Shown here: positions 56,230 through 64,000 of the stretch, in pieces
How the letters are laid out: each line of letters opens with the position of its first letter
Position numbering within the stretch: the stretch's first letter is position 1
Assembly (NCBI GenBank): GCA_027858775.1
Contig: JAQICA010000102.1
Span: 11,692-75,691, forward strand
Direction: 5' to 3'
DNA from: Salinivirgaceae bacterium
GTDB lineage: Bacteria; Bacteroidota; Bacteroidia; Bacteroidales; Salinivirgaceae
Length of the DNA stretch: 64,000 bases
The notes under the pieces: generated by a model
Seen by the model: only the letters and a program-made list of their open reading frames with translations
Database searches by the model: none
Told to the model about the DNA's origin: nothing
Program-made: the position numbers and the translations under genes

Positions 56230-57642
56230 TTAATCATTATGTTCATTCAAATACGAATTTTCTTTATTGATTTTTGGCCCATTTTCATCACTACTAAGTG
56301 AGTAACTTGAAACCTCATCGTTTTCATCATCAGTGCTTTGGGCAATCTTGGTTTTTCTTCGCAAGTAGGCAGGCACATTTTCCATTTCAAGAATCTCTTC
56401 ATCTGTCCAGCGCGTTTTTCCGGGTTGAACACCACGAACCGGTTGTTCTACTTTACGATCGGCTCCACGTGGTTTTGTGGGTGGTACCGAATAGCTGGCA
56501 TCATCGGATAGCATTTCGTCCGTATCATCAAAATCCAGCGTATGAACTTTCACTTCCTCTTCCGGTTCTTGTTGTGGCTCTTCGGGTTCCGTCTGATCTT
56601 TGGGATCGGCTTTCATGGTATGCTTTTGAACCTGAGCTGCCTTTTTAGCATAAATCTCAGGAATTACGTCGGTATCGAAACCTGTAGCAATAACGGTTAC
56701 ACCCACCTTATCGCCAAGATGCGGATCGGAGCTTAAGCCCCAAATAACATCGGCATTTTGTCCGGCAGCATCTTGTGCAAAATCGGTAATTTGGCCAATC
56801 TCATCCATGGTAACCTCATCGGCACCCGATGTGATATGCAGCAACATATTTTGTGCTCCGTGAATATCGTTATTATTGAGCAATGGCGACGACAATGCTT
56901 TTTCAATGGCTTTTATCGAACGATTTTCACCTTCGGCCACAGCGCTACCCATAAGTGCTACCCCGCTGTTATTCATTACGGTAAATACATCTTCGAAGTC
57001 GACATTCACAACGCCTTCGACTGTAATAATTTCGGCAATACCTTTAGCGGCAGTGGTTAAAATATTATCGGCATGACCGAAAGCTTGCAGAGCAGGTGAG
57101 TTTCCATGAATTTCTCTAAGTTTCTCGTTATTAATCACCAAAAGAGAATCGACATATTCCTTCATCCGTTCAATGCCATCGATGGCTTGATTTATTCTTC
57201 GTTTTCCCTCGAATAAAAAAGGAATGGTAACAATTCCAATGGTTAGAATGCCTCTCTTTTGAGCCTCTTCGGCAATAACAGGAGCAGCACCGGTACCAGT
57301 TCCTCCACCCATTCCGGCGGTAATAAACACCATTTTGGTATTGCTTCCCAGTGCCTTGCCAATTTCTTCGAGACTTTCAATAGCGGCTTGCCTCCCTTTT
57401 TCAGGTTTGCTTCCGGCTCCACGCCCGCCTGTGAGCGATTCACCCAACTGAACTTTAACAGGAACCGGGCTTTTGGCCAGGTCTTGCGAATCGGTATTGC
57501 ATACAACGAAATCAACTTCGTTAATTCCTTGTTCATACATATAATTGACAGCGTTTCCACCGCCTCCGCCAACACCTATCACTTTAATTATTGATGATTT
57601 GTTTTGTGGCAAATCAAATTGCATCAGATTATTTTCATTCAT
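56230..57642 (-). CDS. ftsZ: Cell division GTPase FtsZ
   Basis: [19 protein letters not shown] and NVDFEDV motifs; C-terminal 'VPAYLRR'; likely start MNENN at 57642. Confidence 0.97.
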   Translation of the reverse strand: MNENNLMQFDLPQNKSSIIKVIGVGGGGGNAVNYMYEQGINEVDFVVCNTDSQDLAKSPVPVKVQLGESLTGGRGAGSKPEKGRQAAIESLEEIGKALGSNTKMVFITAGMGGGTGTGAAPVIAEEAQKRGILTIGIVTIPFLFEGKRRINQAIDGIERMKEYVDSLLVINNEKLREIHGNSPALQAFGHADNILTTAAKGIAEIITVEGVVNVDFEDVFTVMNNSGVALMGSAVAEGENRSIKAIEKALSSPLLNNNDIHGAQNMLLHITSGADEVTMDEIGQITDFAQDAAGQNADVIWGLSSDPHLGDKVGVTVIATGFDTDVIPEIYAKKAAQVQKHTMKADPKDQTEPEEPQQEPEEEVKVHTLDFDDTDEMLSDDASYSVPPTKPRGADRKVEQPVRGVQPGKTRWTDEEILEMENVPAYLRRKTKIAQSTDDENDEVSSYSLSSDENGPKINKENSYLNEHND

Positions 57643-57861
57643 AAGCGATTCTTTTCCGCATTCTACAAAATACACTTCAATTGCTTTATTTGCAACCAGC
57701 AAGTCAGTTCCTCTAACGCACTGCTGGAAACCGATAAAGATGTATTGCAACTATATCACGAGATAGCATTTTGATAAACAAATCTCGTGAAACTTTATTT
57801 TTATCAATATGTATTATACCATTCACTAAAATAGACATGCCAGTCTATGATCTTTTTATCG

Positions 57862-59211
57862 TTAATCCATACTTGTATCATTCACATCGAACAATCGGCC
57901 GAATGCCTCGTTAATTTTAGCCCCAAAGCCCTTAATAGTAGCCGATTTTCTTGACTCATTATCCACATAAGAATTCTCTTCAGTTTGTTCCTCCTGCTCT
58001 TCTTCATTCTCTATTTCAAACAAGCCTTGGTTTACATTTAAAATGTCATGTTCTTCTTGGTCGGCGGCTCCCTCCATAATAAGTCCGATGGCTGTGGCAA
58101 GCGAAGGACAGCTTACAGAGCCAACTTCTTCACTGGTAACGGCAACGCGAGGCTTTCCTATGCGAGTAACAAGCCCCGATTTATGGGACATCAATTGTGG
58201 TAGGTTTTTTAATAATGCTCCACCACCCGTTATAACAATTCCGCCCCCCAAATAGGAAGAGAGTCCGTTGGCTTCTATTTGGTACAATACGTGCTCAATA
58301 ATTTCTTCCATGCGAGCCTGAATAATTCCTGCAAGATGCACAAAAGATATTTCAAGATTATCGTTGCGATTTATTCCAGGTATTTTCACCACTTTATTTG
58401 CATCGCTTTTTGTGGGAAGCACTCGGCCGTATTCTTTTTTAAGTCTTTCGGCATACCGACAAACAATTTTACATCCTTCCTTTATATCATTGGTTACAGA
58501 AAATCCCCCTAGCGGGATTACAGAAGTATGAACAATTTTATTGTCGCGATAAATGGCCAGGTCGGTTGTTCCACCACCAATATCGAGCATAGCCACACCA
58601 GCTTCGAGCTCATCAGCAGTCAACACGGCACGAGAAGACGCTAATGGTTCCAAAATAAGTTTTTTTACGTTGAGGCCAACGCGTGTAACACATTTTTTAA
58701 TATTGTTGGCAGCGCTCACTTTTCCAATTACAACATGAAAATTTCCTTCGAGGCGCTTTCCGGCAACACCCACCGGATTATCGACTCCCTGCATATGATC
58801 TACAGTATAGGATTGTGGTAATACGTGAATAATTTCCTCACCCATCTCCACGGAAGTGTTATAAATCTGATCCATAAGATCTTTGGTATGGGCAGCAGTT
58901 ATTTCGTCTTCGTCGGCGCCCAGTTGCACATAACCGCTGGTACGCTGTGAGTGAATATGCCCTCCGGCAATGCCCACATACACATCCTGCATTTTCATTC
59001 CTGCTTTTTCTTCTGCTTGCCGCACTGCCTCTCTAATACTCTCTACTGTCTTACTAATATTTAACACTTCGCCTCTTCGAACACCCTCTGAGTAGTGCTT
59101 TCCAACGCCAAGTATTTCAAATTTTCCACTATCGGTTTTACTACCAATAATTGCCACAATTTTGGTGGTACCGATGTCAATTGCCGAAATAATTTTGTTC
59201 TTTTGTGCCAT
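57862..59211 (-). CDS. ftsA: Cell division protein FtsA
   Basis: IDIGTTK, ILEPLASS, DIGGGTTD and ITGGGALL motifs; start MAQK at 59211. Confidence 0.96.
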   Translation of the reverse strand: MAQKNKIISAIDIGTTKIVAIIGSKTDSGKFEILGVGKHYSEGVRRGEVLNISKTVESIREAVRQAEEKAGMKMQDVYVGIAGGHIHSQRTSGYVQLGADEDEITAAHTKDLMDQIYNTSVEMGEEIIHVLPQSYTVDHMQGVDNPVGVAGKRLEGNFHVVIGKVSAANNIKKCVTRVGLNVKKLILEPLASSRAVLTADELEAGVAMLDIGGGTTDLAIYRDNKIVHTSVIPLGGFSVTNDIKEGCKIVCRYAERLKKEYGRVLPTKSDANKVVKIPGINRNDNLEISFVHLAGIIQARMEEIIEHVLYQIEANGLSSYLGGGIVITGGGALLKNLPQLMSHKSGLVTRIGKPRVAVTSEEVGSVSCPSLATAIGLIMEGAADQEEHDILNVNQGLFEIENEEEQEEQTEENSYVDNESRKSATIKGFGAKINEAFGRLFDVNDTSMD

Positions 59212-59219
59212 TGTAAAAT

Positions 59220-60011
59220 CTATCTTTTTGTACAAACTACCTGATTCTTATATTTTAAATTAACTCGGCTGTATTTATTCCAGCCTAAGTTACTAAATCC
59301 CTTATAATAAATAACTTTGAGTTTAATAAATTTATGCTCAAGTTGTGAAATATCGCCAAATTCAATTACATGCGTTCCTACTTTAGGAATAATTTCAAAT
59401 TCATTTTTATTAACGTAGACCTGTTCGACCATTCTTCTCAATAAACTATCATTATAAATGTAGCTTAGTAAACGAAACGTTTCATCCAGCATGGTGTTAG
59501 ACGCTCCCTGGTGCAAAACTAAGGTGTCAATTGTAATAGCTCTGTTTCCAGGCAGTTTTTGGTAAATATCGCCCGAAACTACCGGCACCCGCGCTGTGTA
59601 ATTGGGAGAAAGTGGCAATAAGTGCCCATCTTCACCCAAGTAATAGCTATGCCCTGTTTTTGTTACAATGCGCGCAATGGGTTTACGCTGTTCAAGATCC
59701 AAGTGAAAATTCCCTTTAATATCAGCGTACGCTATAGCTTTTGCAATCATTGGCATATTATTCAGTACTGTACGTTCGGCTTGATGAGATTCTATTTGAA
59801 AAACTGAATAACCCCAAAGTTTCATTTCCATTGTTTTAAGTAAGCTAACAACCTCTTGCGGCTGTACAAACTTCTGCCGGGCACTATCCACAATTACCAC
59901 ATGCACATTCTCGCACAGTACATCATTCATTTTACCCGATACAAAACCGAGGGTAACCATCATGTACAGCAAAATGCCCAAAAGCGTTATATGTTTCCTT
60001 ACAAATTCCAA
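59220..60011 (-). CDS. ftsQ: Cell division protein FtsQ/DivIB
   Basis: N-terminal TM helix, QRKPIARI, NYTARVPVVSG and 'YSRVNLKYKNQVVCTK'; dcw position; TTG start. Confidence 0.9.
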   Translation of the reverse strand: MEFVRKHITLLGILLYMMVTLGFVSGKMNDVLCENVHVVIVDSARQKFVQPQEVVSLLKTMEMKLWGYSVFQIESHQAERTVLNNMPMIAKAIAYADIKGNFHLDLEQRKPIARIVTKTGHSYYLGEDGHLLPLSPNYTARVPVVSGDIYQKLPGNRAITIDTLVLHQGASNTMLDETFRLLSYIYNDSLLRRMVEQVYVNKNEFEIIPKVGTHVIEFGDISQLEHKFIKLKVIYYKGFSNLGWNKYSRVNLKYKNQVVCTKR

Positions 60012-60016
60012 ATGAA

Positions 60017-61375
60017 TTAGTTTAAACGTTCTTTAATTTCTTCTATCCAGTGCCCAATATCTCCGGCCCCCATACTTATAAATACCTCGAATTGATTTTC
60101 CGCTAATGCTTCGAGTAGCAATTCTTTTGTAACAACACGAACTCTGTCAGGATCCATCTCATCAGCAACAAGTTGACTACTCACGCCTTCAAGAGGCTGC
60201 TCCCGTGCCGGATAAATGGGCAGCAAAAATACAAAGTCTGCCAGACTTAACGATGCAGAAAACGCAGAATAAAAGTCGCGTGTTCGACTAAAAAGATGCG
60301 GTTGAAAGGCCACTACAATTTTTTTATTCGGATAAGCCGCACGAGCAGACATGATGCACGCCTCCACTTCGGCCGGATGGTGTGCATAATCATCGATATA
60401 AACCACCGGTTGCAGTAAATGCACTTCAAATCGGCGCTCGACGCCTTTCAACGACGATAAACCTGCGGTGAGCTCTTGGTTAGAAATACCGGCAAGCAAA
60501 GCCAATGATGCGGCAGCAACGGCATTTTCAAAATTATACGTTCCGGGAAGCCGCAATCGCAAATCAGACACAAGTCCTTGTGGAGTATTCAAGCTAAACA
60601 AATACTCACTGTCAACATATTGAACATCAATAGGATAAAAGTCAGCCTGGGGATCGAGCCCATAGGTTAAACAATGATCCGCACGATTGATTAAATGCTT
60701 AACGGATTGATGAACGACCACCGTACCGCCGTTGTCGAGCGTAATATTGGCAAATTGGTTGAACGCCTCTATAATCTTTTCATGTGTACCATAAATATCA
60801 AGATGATCGGCATCGATACTGCTAATAAGTGCCATTGAAGGACTAAGCTGCAAAAATGAACGATCGTACTCATCGGCCTCAATTACAGTATATGGAGCAT
60901 CTTCATGAAGTAGCAAGTTGGTTTTATAATTGGCAGAAATGCCGCCTAAAAATGCGTTACACTTTTGCTTACTTTGATATAAGAGGTGTGCCGTAAACGT
61001 AGAAATACTGGTTTTACCATGTGTTCCGGCAACGGCTATGCCTTTCATCATTTGAGTAACCTTACCCAAAAGCCCGGCACGCTTAACAAGTTCAAACCCG
61101 TTTTGCTTGAAGTGGTTTAAAATAGCGTTATCGGGAGGAATTGCAGGCGTATAAACCACCAGGGTAGTTTCAGGATCAGCAAAGGCAGCAGACACCGTTT
61201 CGGGAATATCGGTATAAGAAACAGAAATCCCTTCCGTTTCCAAAGCGCGGGTAAGCTTGGTTTTCGTAAGATCGTACCCGGCCACATTGTATCCCCGAAA
61301 AGCATAAAACCTTGCTAAGGCACTCATTCCAATGCCTCCAACACCTACAAAATATATGTTTTTCTGTCGATTCAC
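60017..61375 (-). CDS. murC: UDP-N-acetylmuramate--L-alanine ligase
   Basis: GVGGIGMSALA, AGTHGKT, EADEYDRSFL, GVERRFE, DDYAHHP and FQPHLFSRT motifs; GTG start. Confidence 0.97.
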   Translation of the reverse strand: MNRQKNIYFVGVGGIGMSALARFYAFRGYNVAGYDLTKTKLTRALETEGISVSYTDIPETVSAAFADPETTLVVYTPAIPPDNAILNHFKQNGFELVKRAGLLGKVTQMMKGIAVAGTHGKTSISTFTAHLLYQSKQKCNAFLGGISANYKTNLLLHEDAPYTVIEADEYDRSFLQLSPSMALISSIDADHLDIYGTHEKIIEAFNQFANITLDNGGTVVVHQSVKHLINRADHCLTYGLDPQADFYPIDVQYVDSEYLFSLNTPQGLVSDLRLRLPGTYNFENAVAAASLALLAGISNQELTAGLSSLKGVERRFEVHLLQPVVYIDDYAHHPAEVEACIMSARAAYPNKKIVVAFQPHLFSRTRDFYSAFSASLSLADFVFLLPIYPAREQPLEGVSSQLVADEMDPDRVRVVTKELLLEALAENQFEVFISMGAGDIGHWIEEIKERLN

Positions 61376-61435
61376 AATTAGATTATGTATTCAAATTAAT
61401 GTCTAAAAAATATTCACTTATCGAAAACTGCTTCA

Positions 61436-62545
61436 TTATAATGATACTCCGGCCAGTTTAAGAATCTCTTTTGCAATGAGTTCATCGGCATTTGTAAATG
61501 CCATACTTTTCATATTTTTACTCATCTCTTCGGCAACTTCGGGATTATCAAGCAACAGTTCAATTTTTTCCACCAATCCATCTTTGGCGTCACGGTCTGG
61601 CAAAAGAATGGCTGCATTTTTATCGGCCAAAGCTTTTGCGTTATGTGTTTGGTGATCCTCGGCCACATTAGGACTGGGCACAAAAATGGATGGTTTACCC
61701 ATAATACATAATTCAGCAATGGTTCCGGCTCCCGCGCGGGCAACTACCACATCTGCAACAGCATAGGCATGATCCATATTTTCAACAAACTTGGTGAGAA
61801 TAATATCATCATTGACCTGGAAACCTAATCTCCCGGAGAATTCTTTAAAATAAAGGCTGCCACATTGCCAAAGCAACTGAATACCATGTTCTTTAAAGAA
61901 GCCGATGTTTTTATAAACAGCTTCGTTGAGCGATCGTGCGCCAAGGCTTCCGCCTGTTACAAAAACCACCTTTTTTTGGCAAGCGATTCCAATAGATTTA
62001 CATGCTTCTTTCCGCGATATTTGTGATACAACCAGGGAACTTCTTACAGGGTTTCCGGTGACAATAATTTTTTCGGCAGGGAAAAATCGCTCCATATTGG
62101 GATATGCGACACAAATTTTCTGTGCCTTTTTACTCAACAAGCGATTGGTGATACCTGCGTAACTATTTTGTTCCTGAATAATATACGGCACACTTCGTTT
62201 ACCGGCAACTCTAAGTACAGGGCCACTTGCATACCCACCAAATCCGGCGGCAACATGAGGCTCAAAATCGCGCACAAGTCTTTCTGAACGCCTTAGCGCT
62301 TTGCGAAGGCACCCGAAAAATTTAAAAATTTTAAACGACGGTTTTCTGGGAAACCCCATAACAGGTAATCCGGTAATGGGATAACCTGCATTGGGAATTT
62401 TTTTCATTTCCATTTTACCCTCAGCGCCTACAAAGCGGATATCCACGTCGGGATAGAGCTCCTTAAGCTTATTGGCTGTGGCCAATGCAGGAAAAATATG
62501 TCCGCCTGTGCCGCCGGCACTAAATATCACTTTGATCGTTTTCAT
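61436..62545 (-). CDS. murG: Undecaprenyldiphospho-muramoylpentapeptide GlcNAc transferase
   Basis: GGTGGHIFP, GFGGYASGP, EQNS, TGNPVR, GGSLGA, RAGA and EDHQ..NA motifs. Confidence 0.97.
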   Translation of the reverse strand: MKTIKVIFSAGGTGGHIFPALATANKLKELYPDVDIRFVGAEGKMEMKKIPNAGYPITGLPVMGFPRKPSFKIFKFFGCLRKALRRSERLVRDFEPHVAAGFGGYASGPVLRVAGKRSVPYIIQEQNSYAGITNRLLSKKAQKICVAYPNMERFFPAEKIIVTGNPVRSSLVVSQISRKEACKSIGIACQKKVVFVTGGSLGARSLNEAVYKNIGFFKEHGIQLLWQCGSLYFKEFSGRLGFQVNDDIILTKFVENMDHAYAVADVVVARAGAGTIAELCIMGKPSIFVPSPNVAEDHQTHNAKALADKNAAILLPDRDAKDGLVEKIELLLDNPEVAEEMSKNMKSMAFTNADELIAKEILKLAGVSL

Positions 62546-63710
62546 CGGGCTCAGTATTTTGAATTTGACTTGTTCGCTTCTTATTATCTTGCTGGAGACT
62601 TCGGCTCACACTTAAAATTATGCCCATTTGCACGCTGGAGATGAGCAACGATGTACCACCCATACTTACAAACGGTAGTGTTTGTCCGGTAACCGGAAAA
62701 ATTCCAACACTTACAGCCATGTGCACGAATGCCTGAATAACCATTAAAATCATCATACCTGCCACCATGAGAGCAGGCCCCACGCGTTTACATTTTCGTA
62801 CAATTGCAGCAGTTCGAAAAAATAATATTAAGTACAGACCAATTAGTAAAAATGCTCCGGCAAACCCTGTTTCCTCTATTACTATTGCGAAAATAAAATC
62901 GGAATACGGGTGTGGAAGAATATTGCGCTGGACGCTATGCCCCAATCCTTTACCAGTAAGCCCACCGCTAGCTATTGCGATTTTGGCCTGATTGGACTGA
63001 AAATTGCCACCACCCTCATCATCTACAAAGTTTTCGATACGGTTTTTCCAGGTACCAATTCGACTATCGGAATCTGACACCATGGCCACAAGGATAAAAA
63101 GGGTTAATGCCACCACAGCAACTCCCGCCATTCCGAGCAAATGTTGAATTTTAACACGACCGATATACATCAATACCACCGCACTCACAAACAATAAAGC
63201 AGCAGTAGAAAAGTCAGAAGGCAGTATCAGTCCACAAATAAATACAACGGGAATAATGAGCCTTCGGAAACCCTTATTAAAATCGCCGATGGTTTGTTGT
63301 CGCGAAGCAATGAGTGCAGCCAGATACAGCATCAACGAAAGTTTGGCAAAGTCTGACGTTTGGAACGATAAATTGATGAATGGGACGGTAATCCATCGAC
63401 TGGCCTGGTTTAGTGTTAGGCCGCCGACCATTGTATAAATAAGCAAGGGGATGGAAATGTAAAAAAACAACTTCGACAATCGCAATAGCATGGTGTAGCG
63501 TACCATATGCACAAAGTACATTATAATAAAACTAATAACCATGAACATAAAATGCCGCATAAGGAAATATTGCGTATTTCCCCCGAACCTTTTATAAGCA
63601 AGTGTTCCGGTAGAACTATACACAGCAAGGAGTGAAATAATGCTCAATAAAAAAACAATTACCCACACACCTTTATCGCCTTGTAATATGTCGAAAATCC
63701 CCTTTTTCAC
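62520..63710 (-). CDS. ftsW: SEDS peptidoglycan polymerase FtsW
   Basis: ASRWI, FQTSDFAK, PHPYSDFIFAIVIEE and GQTLPFVSMGGTS motifs; GTG start. Confidence 0.95.
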   Translation of the reverse strand: MKKGIFDILQGDKGVWVIVFLLSIISLLAVYSSTGTLAYKRFGGNTQYFLMRHFMFMVISFIIMYFVHMVRYTMLLRLSKLFFYISIPLLIYTMVGGLTLNQASRWITVPFINLSFQTSDFAKLSLMLYLAALIASRQQTIGDFNKGFRRLIIPVVFICGLILPSDFSTAALLFVSAVVLMYIGRVKIQHLLGMAGVAVVALTLFILVAMVSDSDSRIGTWKNRIENFVDDEGGGNFQSNQAKIAIASGGLTGKGLGHSVQRNILPHPYSDFIFAIVIEETGFAGAFLLIGLYLILFFRTAAIVRKCKRVGPALMVAGMMILMVIQAFVHMAVSVGIFPVTGQTLPFVSMGGTSLLISSVQMGIILSVSRSLQQDNKKRTSQIQNTEPDENDQSDI

Positions 63711-63748
63711 GTATTTACTTTTATATTAATTTTAATTCGAAAAAAATA

Positions 63749-64000
63749 TTATAAGTCTCTAACACTCAACTTAAATTGATTACCACGATCCTCGTAATTA
63801 TCGAATAAATCGAAGCTGGCACATGCGGGCGAAAGCAATACACAGTCGCCTTTTCTGGCAAGCTGAAAAGCATGGCTAACAGCATCTTGCATATTCGAAG
63901 TTTCCACTATTTGCGGCACTTTTCCATAAAAATGATCGACAATGGGTTGGTTATTGACACCCATACAAACTATGGCCTTTACCTTGCGGCTGACCAGTGC
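63749..64000 (-). CDS. murD: UDP-N-acetylmuramoyl-L-alanine--D-glutamate ligase, C-terminal part (5' end outside window)
   Basis: Frame is open to the window edge (ALVSRKVKAIVCMG...); VLLSPACASFDLFDNYEDRGNQF signature. Confidence 0.95.
   Translation of the reverse strand, partial: ALVSRKVKAIVCMGVNNQPIVDHFYGKVPQIVETSNMQDAVSHAFQLARKGDCVLLSPACASFDLFDNYEDRGNQFKLSVRDL

Noticed and set aside
1-64000. CRISPR arrays, rRNA, tmRNA/RNase P, prophage or defence genes
   Set aside because: No regularly spaced repeats, RNA signatures, or phage/defence protein motifs were seen

Overview
This is a core-genome stretch of a Bacteroidota bacterium, most likely an anaerobic Bacteroidales/Marinilabiliales-type. 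The assignment rests on TAnnTTTG -7 promoters, no obvious Shine-Dalgarno sites, T9SS C-terminal domains, glsAB-like genes and the Bacteroides-type etfBA-acd and exbB-orf-exbD-exbD operons. I can support 58 CDS. Two are partial at the edges (a sodium:solute symporter C-terminus and murD). A 55-aa 2[4Fe-4S] ferredoxin and the symporter frame are absent from the ORF track. The window also holds one tRNA-Ser(GGA), many intrinsic terminators and the distal dcw cluster (murD-ftsW-murG-murC-ftsQ-ftsA-ftsZ). I see no rRNA, CRISPR array, transposase, integrase, prophage or recognisable defence island. The best candidate for something undescribed is a dispersed non-autonomous element present twice (8318-8510 and 45637-45777). 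Each copy has 7-bp flanking direct repeats that contain the stop codon of the adjacent gene, co-varying inverted arms, and a central hairpin resembling the enterobacterial ERIC core. Other leads are a stand-alone, nuclease-less protein made of homing-endonuclease-associated repeats (35834-36298), an uncharacterised lipoprotein/Cys-rich secreted protein pair beside two thioredoxin-fold proteins, and a DUF5686-type outer-membrane protein translationally coupled to lptB. All family names come from motif recognition by eye; no database search was run.
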